64,000 nt of DNA from an uncultured Chitinophagales bacterium (GCA_964572735.1 CAZNHE010000002.1:7684-71683); one strand, 5' to 3'; positions 17,341-26,754 are shown, numbered from the stretch's first letter. A program made the numbers and translations. Notes: generated by a model not told the origin, from the letters alone.

Positions 17341-17769
17341 TTAAACCATTAATTTTTCTATCTTTTCCTGCAGCACCTCTGTGGTAAAAGGCTTTACGAT
17401 GTAATTGTTCACACCCGCCTTTACTGCTTCAACCACGTGTTCCTTCATTCCGCGGGTGGTAATCATCAGGATCGGGAGATCTTTAAAATCGTCATTATTC
17501 CGTATCCACGTAACGAATTCCAGCCCGTTCATCTCGGGCATATTCCAGTCGGTTATAATGAAACCAACCGGTTGTTTTTCAATTTGCTTGATCGCCTCTT
17601 CTCCGTTGCCTGCCGAGATGACATTCAGGAACCCCAGTTGCTTTAATGTATTACGAATAATACGCCGCATTGTCGGGGAATCTTCCACAATGAGAATATT
17701 CTTTCCCTCCTCATTCATGGACGAGGCCAACTCGTTTGAAACGGTCTCTTTCTGGATTTCTGAGCTCAT
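17341..17769 (-). CDS. cheY: CheY-like single-domain response regulator
   Basis: 142 aa. ILIVEDSPTMRR...ITDWNMPEMNG...IVKPF. Confidence 0.88.
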   Translation of the reverse strand: MSSEIQKETVSNELASSMNEEGKNILIVEDSPTMRRIIRNTLKQLGFLNVISAGNGEEAIKQIEKQPVGFIITDWNMPEMNGLEFVTWIRNNDDFKDLPILMITTRGMKEHVVEAVKAGVNNYIVKPFTTEVLQEKIEKLMV

Positions 17770-17825
17770 GTTCTGTACTATAAAAACAGGTTATAACCGA
17801 TTGAAAAATTTGATGGTTCCTTGAT

Positions 17826-17852
17826 TTATCGGCCGAAAGATGAATAATTGTA
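17826..17852 (-). promoter_or_regulatory. Sigma-28-type promoter for the cheY and CheZ-like pair
   Basis: The minus strand reads TACA-N15-GCCGATAA (perfect -10, 3/4 match at -35). It lies about 57 nt upstream of the cheY ATG at 17769. Confidence 0.45.
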
Positions 17853-17868
17853 TCGGCAGGGCGATGAA

Positions 17869-19092
17869 TTATTGAAGAATAATAGATTCTAATCTTTCGA
17901 TGAGCTGTTGATATCGGGCGATGAGGGCCTGAATCTGCGGAGTGGCAGGAACCTGTTCGAGTATTTGCAGGGCCCGGATGAAATGCTTTCTTGCCTGGTC
18001 GATTGATCCTGCATTGAATTCAGCCTGTCCCAATTCCGCCCACAACTGATAGGTGGAGGGTGCCATCGTCACGGCTTCTTGCAGCAGGGAGGCTGCCTCG
18101 GCAAACCGCCTTTCGCCGCTAAGGATGCCGGCTTCCCTCCTGCGAAGATCAACCTCCAGTTCGGAGATGTGGCTTTCGTTTTTTCTCCCGCCTGCCTGGC
18201 CTGTTTTTCGACGATACAGTTGGTAACATTTGGCCGCCTCGTGTAACTGCCCCTGCAATTCCAGCCTCCGGCCGTGATAGAAATAATAATCGGGCAGCAC
18301 CTCCGGCCGGGGAAGTATCCTGAAGTATTTCTTCAGGAGTGTGTCGTTTTTCCCGGAAAAAGCGTATTTGAAGCACAGATGGAGGATATGGCGGCGCATG
18401 GGGAAAGTCACGCCGTACCAGAGAGCCTGATCGGCGAACGCAATGGCCTTATCCGGTTCGCCCTCCATATAATAATGCTGGGCGAGGTAGGACAGCAGGA
18501 ACGGATTGTGGGGAGATTCCCGGAGTTTTTCTTGTAGGATGGCCAGGTTTCGCCGGCGTTTGCCTTTAATATCGGCCTGGTAATTATATCCCTTGTGCAA
18601 AATCCGGACCTTACCGGCCGATACCAGTGTTCTGTGAATATGCAGGGTCTCATGGATGGCCGATTCATAATGGACGTCCGGATGATTCCGGTAGAAACGG
18701 ATCAGCCGGTGGATTAGCGACACCTCCCCGCTTTCTTTGGTACTCAGATTGTGAATGTCGAGATAATAGCCGAACGCTTCCTCCCAGGGGTAGGTCTGGT
18801 AAAACCATGGAATATCGTTCCTGCAAATTTCTTCGTCGGCATCGAGTTGAAGGATCCATGGATTTTTTGCATGAGCCAGGGAGGCATTTCTGGCCTCGGC
18901 GAAATCGTTTTTCCAGGTGTGGTTATATACCGAAGCCTGAAACTCGCGCGCAATATCGATCGTCCGGTCTGACGAGCCGGTATCGACAATCACCATTTCA
19001 TCCACCCATTCCTGCACGCTTTTGAGGCAGGAGGCGAGATGGCGTTCCTCATTTTTGACGATCATGCATAACGAGACCGGCAGTTTATCCAT
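17869..19092 (-). CDS. Family-2 glycosyltransferase fused to C-terminal TPR repeats
   Basis: 407 aa. VSLCMIVKNEERHLASCLKSV...VIVDTGSSDRT...LQLDADEE (GT2 DxD region). TPR-like C-terminal half. Last gene of the flg/fliW/csrA operon. Confidence 0.8.
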   Translation of the reverse strand: MDKLPVSLCMIVKNEERHLASCLKSVQEWVDEMVIVDTGSSDRTIDIAREFQASVYNHTWKNDFAEARNASLAHAKNPWILQLDADEEICRNDIPWFYQTYPWEEAFGYYLDIHNLSTKESGEVSLIHRLIRFYRNHPDVHYESAIHETLHIHRTLVSAGKVRILHKGYNYQADIKGKRRRNLAILQEKLRESPHNPFLLSYLAQHYYMEGEPDKAIAFADQALWYGVTFPMRRHILHLCFKYAFSGKNDTLLKKYFRILPRPEVLPDYYFYHGRRLELQGQLHEAAKCYQLYRRKTGQAGGRKNESHISELEVDLRRREAGILSGERRFAEAASLLQEAVTMAPSTYQLWAELGQAEFNAGSIDQARKHFIRALQILEQVPATPQIQALIARYQQLIERLESIILQ

Positions 19093-19126
19093 AGGTACGG
19101 AGATTTATCGCCCGAAAATACGGCCG

Positions 19127-19657
19127 TCAGGCGAAAATAGGATGGTCCGGATCTCTTTTCCGGGCTTCCTCAAAATAAGTCTCTGCCTTTTCCTCATGTC
19201 CCGCCCCTTTCATCAAATCTCCCATCATGATCCAATTTTCGACATCGTCAGGGTTGGTCGTGATGCGGTCTAACAAATATTGGGCGGCCTCATCATATTG
19301 TTCTCTCAGGATGTAGAGCAATACCTGGTTCCGGTGTGCCGCTTCCAGATCTTCCAGCTCGATGGCTTCACGGAGATCCTTTTCGGCGGATTCCAGATCG
19401 CCCTGATTCATTTTTGCAAAGGCTCTAAGATTAAACAACCTGGAGTCGTAGGGCGCATTTTCGATAGCCTGATCCAGTGCGATGATGCTTTTTTCCCATT
19501 CATATTGATACTGATACGCCATTGCGCTGATATGAAAGGGATCGGCAGCTTCCGGGTTTTCTTGTTGCAGCCGGGCGGCAAGCTGCAGACAGCGGTCGAA
19601 ATCCTCCTGTTCAAGGGCCTGGAGGCAGGCTTCAAGTTGTACGTCGTAAGAAGGCAT
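19127..19657 (-). CDS. TPR repeat protein
   Basis: 176 aa. Repeated 34-residue A/Y/L patterns (AMAYQYQYEWEKSIIALDQAIENAP...). The start lies 2 nt after the csrA stop. Confidence 0.7.
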   Translation of the reverse strand: MPSYDVQLEACLQALEQEDFDRCLQLAARLQQENPEAADPFHISAMAYQYQYEWEKSIIALDQAIENAPYDSRLFNLRAFAKMNQGDLESAEKDLREAIELEDLEAAHRNQVLLYILREQYDEAAQYLLDRITTNPDDVENWIMMGDLMKGAGHEEKAETYFEEARKRDPDHPIFA

Positions 19658-19658
19658 G

Positions 19659-19907
19659 TCAGGGTTCCTTTTGAGATTTTAGCTTTTTCAGGATTTCGGG
19701 AAGATTCACCGAATCCGGTTTGGTGGAGGCGAGAGAATCGCGGTTTTCAAATTTCACACGATCCATAATTTCATCACGGACAATCGAGACATCGCGCGGG
19801 GCATCGATCCCCAATTTGATTTGGTTCCGGTTGATTTCAACGACCGTGATTTTGATGTTGTCATTCAGGTAAATTCCTTCACCCTCTTTGCGGGAGAGAA
19901 CCAGCAT
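19659..19907 (-). CDS. csrA: Carbon storage regulator / translational repressor CsrA
   Basis: 82 aa. MLVLSRKEGEGIYLNDNIKITVVEINRNQIKLGIDAPRDVSIVRDEI is the canonical CsrA fold sequence. Confidence 0.95.
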   Translation of the reverse strand: MLVLSRKEGEGIYLNDNIKITVVEINRNQIKLGIDAPRDVSIVRDEIMDRVKFENRDSLASTKPDSVNLPEILKKLKSQKEP

Positions 19908-19916
19908 GGTTTTTCC

Positions 19917-20321
19917 TCATGTTGATTGCATGGTGACATAATCAAGAATATACTGTTCTCCCCTTTGTTCTTCTACATCCACGATAATCGGCGCCTTCAG
20001 GGAAAGGTGCGAAACGGAGGGATCCAGTTTCAGGATCACGTAAGCAGCCGTCTTTGGATGTTCATTCAGAATCTGCATGAGCTGAGGGTAGTAAACCTCG
20101 TGTGATTCCTCATCCAGGTCGTCGGAATCGATCAATGTTAAAGGAACTACCGGAAGATGATACGTTCCGCCCTGGCTTACCATCCACACAAGCGGCTGGT
20201 ATTCTTCGATACAAACAAAGGCGAAATAACGTTCACTGTCGAGACCAGGGATACCCTTTGGGAAGTGAATAATTTTTGAGTTCTCAATGCTCATCGGGCC
20301 GAATACCCGTGAGTTAATCAT
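19917..20321 (-). CDS. fliW: Flagellar assembly factor FliW (CsrA antagonist)
   Basis: INSRVFGPMSIENSKIIHFPKGIPGLDSERYFAFV matches the FliW N-terminal pattern. Adjacent to csrA. The start was chosen at an internal ATG; the ORF extends to 20390. Confidence 0.85.
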   Translation of the reverse strand: MINSRVFGPMSIENSKIIHFPKGIPGLDSERYFAFVCIEEYQPLVWMVSQGGTYHLPVVPLTLIDSDDLDEESHEVYYPQLMQILNEHPKTAAYVILKLDPSVSHLSLKAPIIVDVEEQRGEQYILDYVTMQST

Positions 20322-20373
20322 GGTTGAATCAGGCGTTTTCGACATAAGAACCGGCTCAGACATGCGATTATGA

Positions 20374-21267
20374 TTACATGTAGTTGGCAAGGTTGTTGTT
20401 CATGATCTGGGTGTGAACGGATAATGCAGCTGTATAAGCAGTTTGAAGGCTCTGGAACTGGCTGATCACAGAAGCGAAATCGGCATCGGTCAGATTACTG
20501 ACATTCGACTTCAGGTTGATGTTGCTGGTCTCGTACTGCTGATTGGTAAATTGCATCTGATTAATAGTATTACCAAGCGAGCTGCCCATATCGCTCACAT
20601 GAGATACGGCGTCGTCCACATTATCCATTTCGTCGTTAACCGCCTGGGTGTCGCCGCTGCGCAGATCCGCCTCAATACGATCGAACAGATCGAACAGCGT
20701 GTCACCGCTTTTGTAATCATTGATAGTGTTTCCGTTTTTGCTCACATTTACCGTAGTGCTGTCGCTGATACGGATGGTGAGATCTTCAGAATTTCCGCTG
20801 TAGTTCACGGTCCCGTCGGTAGCTATTGAGAAGGGAGGGTCTCCGGATTTTGTTCCTGCGAAAATATAACGACCCTGAATCTGTGTGTTGCCAAGTTCTA
20901 CGAAAGACTGCTTGAGCTGATCGATGTTGTCGGCCAGAGTGTTCAGCTCATCCTGAGAGAGCGTTCCGCCGTTTGCACCTTTGGTGACAATCGTTTTCAA
21001 TTGTGTGAGGTTATCCAGCATTTGGCTCACTGCCGTGCTCGCTGCGGTGGCCTGATTCAGTCCTGCATCGATATTCGCCTGATATTGTTCATTTTTACCG
21101 ATCTCGGCTTCGATATCCCGGCCGTCTGCAAAGGCGATAGGATCGTCGGAAGGTTTGTTTACCCGTTTTTCCGTAGCCAGCTGCTCCTCGAGCCTGGCCA
21201 TCTCCGAACGGTTCCGGTTTATATTTTGCAGGAAGTTGTTGATATAGCTTTGTTCTGTAATTCTCAT
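20374..21267 (-). CDS. flgL: Flagellar hook-filament junction protein FlgL (HAP3)
   Basis: MRITEQSYINNFLQNINRNRSEMARLEEQLATEKRVNKPSDDP. Flagellin-like termini. Follows flgK. Confidence 0.88.
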   Translation of the reverse strand: MRITEQSYINNFLQNINRNRSEMARLEEQLATEKRVNKPSDDPIAFADGRDIEAEIGKNEQYQANIDAGLNQATAASTAVSQMLDNLTQLKTIVTKGANGGTLSQDELNTLADNIDQLKQSFVELGNTQIQGRYIFAGTKSGDPPFSIATDGTVNYSGNSEDLTIRISDSTTVNVSKNGNTINDYKSGDTLFDLFDRIEADLRSGDTQAVNDEMDNVDDAVSHVSDMGSSLGNTINQMQFTNQQYETSNINLKSNVSNLTDADFASVISQFQSLQTAYTAALSVHTQIMNNNLANYM

Positions 21268-21277
21268 AGGCGGAGCA

Positions 21278-22636
21278 TCAGAGCATTGAGATAAGGGCGT
21301 CAAACATTTTCTGTGATATGGTTACCACACGTGCATTTGCCTGATAAGCATTTTGGTACTTAATCAGGTTGGTCAGTTCTTCATCCAGGTTCACCGCGGA
21401 GACACTTGCCTGTTGATTATCCAGCAGGTCCTTGGCGGAGTTGAGTGTTTCGATGCTGTTTGTCAGAGTGGTAATCGTAGTACCGGTTGAACTGGCGATA
21501 GAAGCGGCATTTTCCTGAAAGCTTTGTCCGTTCATGGTCCCATCGCTGCCCAGGTCGAACAATTGCAGAGCGATTTTATTATTGCCTACTTCTCCGGCTG
21601 CGTCAGACGCGGCAATGCCGTTTGGATTTCCCTCCAGAAGAGGGTTCAGAGAAATTGTCTTTGCCGTGGTATTGTTGGGGTCGAAGAAATCAACGCCTGT
21701 ATTGTCGTCGAGATTGTATCCGGTTTCATGAATGGCATTTACCTTTTCAACCAATGTTTTTGCCAAAGTATTCAATTGATCCTGATAGCCGGGGATGACC
21801 TTGTCATAAACATTGATATCGGCACCTATAGTACCGCCGGTTACATCGAGGGTCTTTCCATTATCCAGCCTCAGGCGTATCTGGCTGTTGTCGGTATCTT
21901 CTTCAGCCTGAATATGTCGTACCTGGTCGTTATGCAGTACCACCATCGAACCCATTCGTATCTCAAAGTCGCCGTTTTTATTCTGCAACACGCTAAAATC
22001 GACCAGTTTAGCCAGATCATTCAGTTTTTGAGTACGCAGGTCCATCGAATGATTATCGGGGTTGCCTGTGGTCTGGCCGGAGAGAATCGGCTGGTTGAGA
22101 TTTGCAATATCGTTGAGGATGCTGTTTACCTGTGTGAGATTCTGGCGGACGGAATCGGCCGTATCTTCTTTCAGGGATGTCAGCCCGGCGTCGAGTTCAT
22201 GGAAGCGGGTGGTCAGTGCCGAGGTCTGATTCAGCACGTCGTTGCGAAGCGTCTGATCTTCGGCACGGTTGGAGAGGTTGCCGAATGCATTAAAAAAATT
22301 GCCGAGCAACTGGTCCAGGTCCTGTCCTCCCTGCGTAGATAAATGCGTTTCTATTTGCTGATAGATTTTCTGCTGTTCCTGTTTTGATCCAATCTCACTT
22401 TGTTTATCCCGGATCTGGCTGTCGAGGTTGGTGTCATGCAGGCGCTGAATTTCCTGAATCGTTACTCCAAGTCCGATCGTCATACCATTATGACGGTAAC
22501 CCGGAGACGGGGTGGCATCCATGCGCTGGCGGCTGTAACCGGGAGTATCGGCATTTGCAATATTATTGCCGATGACGTCCATAGCCGTGCGGCTGGCCAG
22601 CAGTCCCCGTTTGGAAATTTCTAACAGCGGATCCAT
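21278..22636 (-). CDS. flgK: Flagellar hook-associated protein FlgK (HAP1)
   Basis: 452 aa. N-terminus GLLASRTAMDVIGNNIANADTPGYSRQ. C-terminus EELTNLIKYQNAYQANARVV. Confidence 0.93.
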   Translation of the reverse strand: MDPLLEISKRGLLASRTAMDVIGNNIANADTPGYSRQRMDATPSPGYRHNGMTIGLGVTIQEIQRLHDTNLDSQIRDKQSEIGSKQEQQKIYQQIETHLSTQGGQDLDQLLGNFFNAFGNLSNRAEDQTLRNDVLNQTSALTTRFHELDAGLTSLKEDTADSVRQNLTQVNSILNDIANLNQPILSGQTTGNPDNHSMDLRTQKLNDLAKLVDFSVLQNKNGDFEIRMGSMVVLHNDQVRHIQAEEDTDNSQIRLRLDNGKTLDVTGGTIGADINVYDKVIPGYQDQLNTLAKTLVEKVNAIHETGYNLDDNTGVDFFDPNNTTAKTISLNPLLEGNPNGIAASDAAGEVGNNKIALQLFDLGSDGTMNGQSFQENAASIASSTGTTITTLTNSIETLNSAKDLLDNQQASVSAVNLDEELTNLIKYQNAYQANARVVTISQKMFDALISML

Positions 22637-22641
22637 GGCAA

Positions 22642-23175
22642 TCAGACGGTTTGGTTAATCATCCGGACAAGACCAGCCCCCTGGGTGGTATGGCCGTTGT
22701 GGGTATAGTGCATGGCATGCTGGTTGCTGAGCGCATAAATTTCCCGAAGCGTGTGCGACACATGATCCTGGGCAAATTCCAATAGCTTGATCAACTGAGA
22801 CTGAGCCTTTTGAGTCCGGCTGATTGCAGCCAGCAGCTGATCCCGTAAAGGTTCAAATTCTTCCCGTAGTTGTCCGACCTGTTTCAGCAGGGAAGACAAC
22901 GTGGGGGGAGAGGCGTCTACATTCATCTCCTCGAAAGCCAGGCCAAGCACCCGCTGAAATTGTTGCTCATGATGGTTGAGAAGGTCCGTCATGTCGAGCT
23001 GTTGCTCGGCGTGTTCTACAATTTCTTCAAAATTATTTTCTACAACCGCCTGGAGCTGCCGATGGATGAGCCCTTCCATCTCTCCGAAAGTATTAATCAA
23101 TTGCTGAATACTTTCATGAAGAGACGGATAGCTTGAAGCGATCTCAGGTTGCGTTGCCGCGTGCTGTGTTGTCAT
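22642..23175 (-). CDS. FlgN-like flagellar export chaperone (putative)
   Basis: 177-aa helical protein immediately upstream of flgK and overlapping the flgJ-like gene by 4 nt. Called on position and composition only. Confidence 0.45.
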   Translation of the reverse strand: MTTQHAATQPEIASSYPSLHESIQQLINTFGEMEGLIHRQLQAVVENNFEEIVEHAEQQLDMTDLLNHHEQQFQRVLGLAFEEMNVDASPPTLSSLLKQVGQLREEFEPLRDQLLAAISRTQKAQSQLIKLLEFAQDHVSHTLREIYALSNQHAMHYTHNGHTTQGAGLVRMINQTV

Positions 23176-23483
23176 GATGAGGATGATGATTCAGGTTTCT
23201 GATCCCAGTATTTCAGCAGCATATCAGCGATACCAAGCTTATGCTTTGATGCCAGCTCCCGGGCCAGTACTTCATTGACATGAGAGCGATAAATTGCCGC
23301 TACTCCTTTGTATCCATCGTTATCGGACATCTTGAAAGTGCCTTTAGTCATCTCCCGGACGAGTTCAAGTGCAAAAATCTGCTCAAACTGCGTTGCTGTT
23401 TTCTGCTTCTTTTCCTCTTCATCAGCAATTTGATTTTTCTTTAAATCAATGGGTTTTCCGGAGGATATGGGTTTTAGTTCCAT
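23172..23483 (-). CDS. flgJ: Rod-binding protein (FlgJ N-terminal domain only, no muramidase domain)
   Basis: 103 aa. TATQFEQIFALELVREMTKG matches the rod-binding domain pattern. Follows flgI. Confidence 0.65.
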   Translation of the reverse strand: MELKPISSGKPIDLKKNQIADEEEKKQKTATQFEQIFALELVREMTKGTFKMSDNDGYKGVAAIYRSHVNEVLARELASKHKLGIADMLLKYWDQKPESSSSS

Positions 23484-23495
23484 CGGAGATTCATA

Positions 23496-24626
23496 TTACA
23501 TGATGATGAGTTTGCCTTTCAACGCGCCTGCCCGGTCGATAGCCTGGAAAATGGCGATAATGTCGCGCGAGTTCAGCCCCAGCTTATTGAGTGTGGCGGA
23601 AAGCTGAGCGACTGTGGTGTTGTTTTGCAGAACAAATGATTTTGCTCCCTGCTGAGCGATTCCTGCCTGCGGAATATTGCCCTGTACCGTGGTGCCCTGC
23701 TGTGCAAAGGGCGCTGGCTGGGAAACGTATGGAAGAAGCCGGGTTTGTATCTGAACATTGCCATGGCTGACCATCACTTCGCCGATGCGTACATTGCCTC
23801 CGGCAACGATAGTCCCTGTACGTTCATTGATGACCACGCGTGCGGGTACTTCTACCTGTACCTGGGTTTCCATCACTTTTGCGATGAACTGGTTCATGGT
23901 TCCCGTATTCGTCGCCGTCTGAGGCCAGTCTACCGAAATCAGGCCGGCATTCTGAACGCTTGTTTTTGTTCCGGTGGACTGAGCGATGGCATCGGAGATG
24001 CGCTGCGCATTGGTGTAATCCGGATTCAGCAGTACCAGCCCGAATGGTTGTTTGTTGTTAGGAGAGAAAGTCTGATTCTTTATCACGATCCCGCCATTCG
24101 GGATGGTGGCGGTCAGCGAAGGGTTTTGGGAGACGCGCGCGCCGGGCACTTCGGCTGAAAGGTCTCCGGCGACCAGCGCACCCTGGGCACGTACTTCAAT
24201 ATCCTTATTATTGGGATCGATCAGAGGTGTTTGCAACAACACACCACCTGCCAGACTGGATGCGTCGCCCAGTGAGGAAACGGTTATATCTACATAACTC
24301 CCTTTGGCATTATAAGGACTAACCCTGGCCGTTACCATTACAGCCGCTACATTTCGTGTTTGCAATTGGTCGGGATCGACGGTAATGCCAAATTTTTTGA
24401 GCATATTGGCAATCGACTGAACGGTGAAAGTGGCACCCCGCCTGAACATTGTCCGGTCACCCGTCCTGTCCAGGCCGGTAACCAGCCCATAACCGATCAG
24501 GACATGCGAGTTGGCATTCTGAATCTTGCACAGGTCCTTGATTTTAATTTGGGCGCGTGTATTTGAAATCGCTCCACCGAGTAATGACAGGCATAAAAGA
24601 CCTGCCAAAATAATCCTTTTTGTCAT
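23496..24626 (-). CDS. flgI: Flagellar P-ring protein FlgI
   Basis: Signal peptide MTKRIILAGLLCLSLLGG. LIGYGLVTGLDRTGD, VVINERTGTIVAGGNV and a C-terminal ALKGKLIIM-type ending. Start at the internal ATG 24626. Confidence 0.93.
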   Translation of the reverse strand: MTKRIILAGLLCLSLLGGAISNTRAQIKIKDLCKIQNANSHVLIGYGLVTGLDRTGDRTMFRRGATFTVQSIANMLKKFGITVDPDQLQTRNVAAVMVTARVSPYNAKGSYVDITVSSLGDASSLAGGVLLQTPLIDPNNKDIEVRAQGALVAGDLSAEVPGARVSQNPSLTATIPNGGIVIKNQTFSPNNKQPFGLVLLNPDYTNAQRISDAIAQSTGTKTSVQNAGLISVDWPQTATNTGTMNQFIAKVMETQVQVEVPARVVINERTGTIVAGGNVRIGEVMVSHGNVQIQTRLLPYVSQPAPFAQQGTTVQGNIPQAGIAQQGAKSFVLQNNTTVAQLSATLNKLGLNSRDIIAIFQAIDRAGALKGKLIIM

Positions 24627-24633
24627 TTTCGTA

Positions 24634-25260
24634 TCAGCCTCCCGCTCCTTTGAATGCCGCAACTCCCAGAGCAAGTCCCAATACTACAAAAAGAGTTTTT
24701 CTCACAAATCCCGGCCGGTGGCGCACGTTTCCTTTTTTCAGATAGGTGATATGTGCATTGGCGATACGATAAGAAAGCACGCTGTTATCAGGAGATATGT
24801 CCTGCGGGCGCACATATCCCTCTAAATCCAGGGTATGAATCTCCCCGTTAATCTCGGTGCTTCGTTTTCCCACGATATATAAGTTGCCGTTTGCACCGAC
24901 CTTCTCGACCCGTGCCGTCAGAGTTCCCTTTAATAATTGATTTTGCACGCTGGAGATATTATCGGCTGTGTTGTAGTCGAGGCTGGCGCCGGCGCCGAAA
25001 ACAGGGAGAAACTTGGTGAGTGTACCTGTTACGGATCCCGAGGCCTTTCCTGTAGAGTTGGATTTGGTACTCGCCGTGGTATTGCTTTGACCGCTGATAT
25101 TTTCAGCCAGCACAACGGTGATGGCATCTCCCACCTGGCTCGCCTTATAATCCTGATATAATGAGTTCTGGGCAGCGACCACGCCGGGTAAGAGGATCAA
25201 TCCGGCTATAATGAGGATACTCCGAAACAGGACTGTCAATTTCACAATGTTTTCTCCCAT
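24634..25260 (-). CDS. flgH: Flagellar L-ring protein FlgH
   Basis: 208 aa. LYQDYKASQVGDAITVVLAENISGQ and GNLYIVGKRSTEINGEIHTLDLEGYVRPQDI are typical of FlgH. The N-terminal signal has no Cys. Confidence 0.88.
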   Translation of the reverse strand: MGENIVKLTVLFRSILIIAGLILLPGVVAAQNSLYQDYKASQVGDAITVVLAENISGQSNTTASTKSNSTGKASGSVTGTLTKFLPVFGAGASLDYNTADNISSVQNQLLKGTLTARVEKVGANGNLYIVGKRSTEINGEIHTLDLEGYVRPQDISPDNSVLSYRIANAHITYLKKGNVRHRPGFVRKTLFVVLGLALGVAAFKGAGG

Positions 25261-25931
25261 TTGACTTTAGATGCGTTTATAACGGTAGCTATATAGGTTT
25301 TCCTGGTTTCTTTACAGTAGACCCGGATTCGCTCTCCCGGGGATCCGGGCTGCCGGGCGACGCACAACAGACGCAGAAAAATGCCTTTGTCATGGTATTC
25401 AAGGGTGATGTTGTCTCCAAAATTGATGACCGGCGGATTGTGGATGCTCGATACGGGCACCGGTTTCCCGGCGGAAAGCAGCCGTTCGGAGACTTTGCCT
25501 TCTATCGAATTGACTTCCTTCAGATAGTTCCCCTGCAGACGGGTCATTTTGATCCAGCTCGTTTTAAACTGGAGTGTATCCAGGGGCTTATTCGGCATAA
25601 TGCGTTCTCTGGGTACCGGCAACTGCTCCCAGACGTCGACAAAAAACTGGACTTGCCCCTGTCCGGCTTGCCCGTGAGAGGTGAAAGTCACTTCAGCCAT
25701 GGCGTAGCCCGATGGGAGACCGGGGCGGCTCAGTTTGATGTTCGTGATCTGAGCAGGAGTCACATCCCGGAATGAATCCGGAAGGTACCGCAGGCTTACG
25801 TCGAAGCGGTAGGTATCCTTCCCATATTCCTGAACAAGCTGGTGTTCTATTCGTTGTACGAGATACCGGGAAAGCGATTCACCGGAAACCTGCAGGTTGA
25901 GAAATAGTGCTATAATCAGAAGAGCCGGCAT
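25242..25931 (-). CDS. flgA: Flagellar P-ring assembly chaperone FlgA (SAF domain)
   Basis: 229 aa, secreted. C-terminal GKPVPVSSIHNPPVINFGDNITLEY...GSPGERIRVY...KTYIATV. Confidence 0.8.
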   Translation of the reverse strand: MPALLIIALFLNLQVSGESLSRYLVQRIEHQLVQEYGKDTYRFDVSLRYLPDSFRDVTPAQITNIKLSRPGLPSGYAMAEVTFTSHGQAGQGQVQFFVDVWEQLPVPRERIMPNKPLDTLQFKTSWIKMTRLQGNYLKEVNSIEGKVSERLLSAGKPVPVSSIHNPPVINFGDNITLEYHDKGIFLRLLCVARQPGSPGERIRVYCKETRKTYIATVINASKVKWEKTL

Positions 25932-25943
25932 TCAGAATGAGTT

Positions 25944-26738
25944 CTACCGCTTTATGCTGTTGGTGAGCGACATCATCTGATCGGCCGTCTGTACCATTTT
26001 CGAATTGATTTCATAGGCCCGCTGGGCGGATATCAGAGAGACCATCGCGTTGACGATATCGACATTCGAATTTTCGAGGTATCCCTGTTCAATGGTGCCG
26101 AAACCATCGATACCGGGGGTACCCAGATAGGGCTGTCCGGAGGTTTCGGTAGCTGCATATAAATTGTTGCCCAGCGCCCGCAATCCCTCCGGATTAACAA
26201 ATCGCGCCAGCTCCATTTGTCCGAGATCGACCGGGTCGGTCTGTCCCTGAAGCATAGCCTGGATGACGCCGTCCTTTGAGATTTGAATGCTCTCGGTATT
26301 GGGAGGGACCTGTATTTGGTTCACCAGAGGCAGTCCCGAACTGTTGACGATGGTTCCGTCGGAATTGAGCGTGAACGTGCCGTCACGAGAATAAGCGACT
26401 GATCCGTCAGGACGCAGGACCTGAAAGAACCCTGTCCCGCTGATCGCCATATCCAGCGGATTTCCCGTGCTCTCAAGGGAGCCTTCCGAGAAATTACGAA
26501 TCGTGGCGGCCGGCCGGGAGCCGTTCCCGATCTGTAAAACAGGTGCGTCGTCTGTCGAACCATTTGCTGTCTGGCCGTTATTTGAGCCGTTTATTGTTTG
26601 ATAAAACAGGTCTTGAAAGGCGATGGTGCTTTTCTTGAAACCGGTCGTATTAACGTTTGCCAGGTTATTTGCGATGTTGTCTACCGACATTTTCTGGGCG
26701 TTCATGCCCAATGCCGCAGTTTGGAGTGCTCGAAACAT
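25944..26738 (-). CDS. flgG: Flagellar distal rod protein FlgG
   Basis: 264 aa. MFRALQTAALGMNAQKMSVDNIANNLANVNTTGFKK. C-terminus LISAQRAYEINSKMVQTADQM. Confidence 0.93.
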   Translation of the reverse strand: MFRALQTAALGMNAQKMSVDNIANNLANVNTTGFKKSTIAFQDLFYQTINGSNNGQTANGSTDDAPVLQIGNGSRPAATIRNFSEGSLESTGNPLDMAISGTGFFQVLRPDGSVAYSRDGTFTLNSDGTIVNSSGLPLVNQIQVPPNTESIQISKDGVIQAMLQGQTDPVDLGQMELARFVNPEGLRALGNNLYAATETSGQPYLGTPGIDGFGTIEQGYLENSNVDIVNAMVSLISAQRAYEINSKMVQTADQMMSLTNSIKR

Positions 26739-26754
26739 AATGTTTTGGTCTTAA

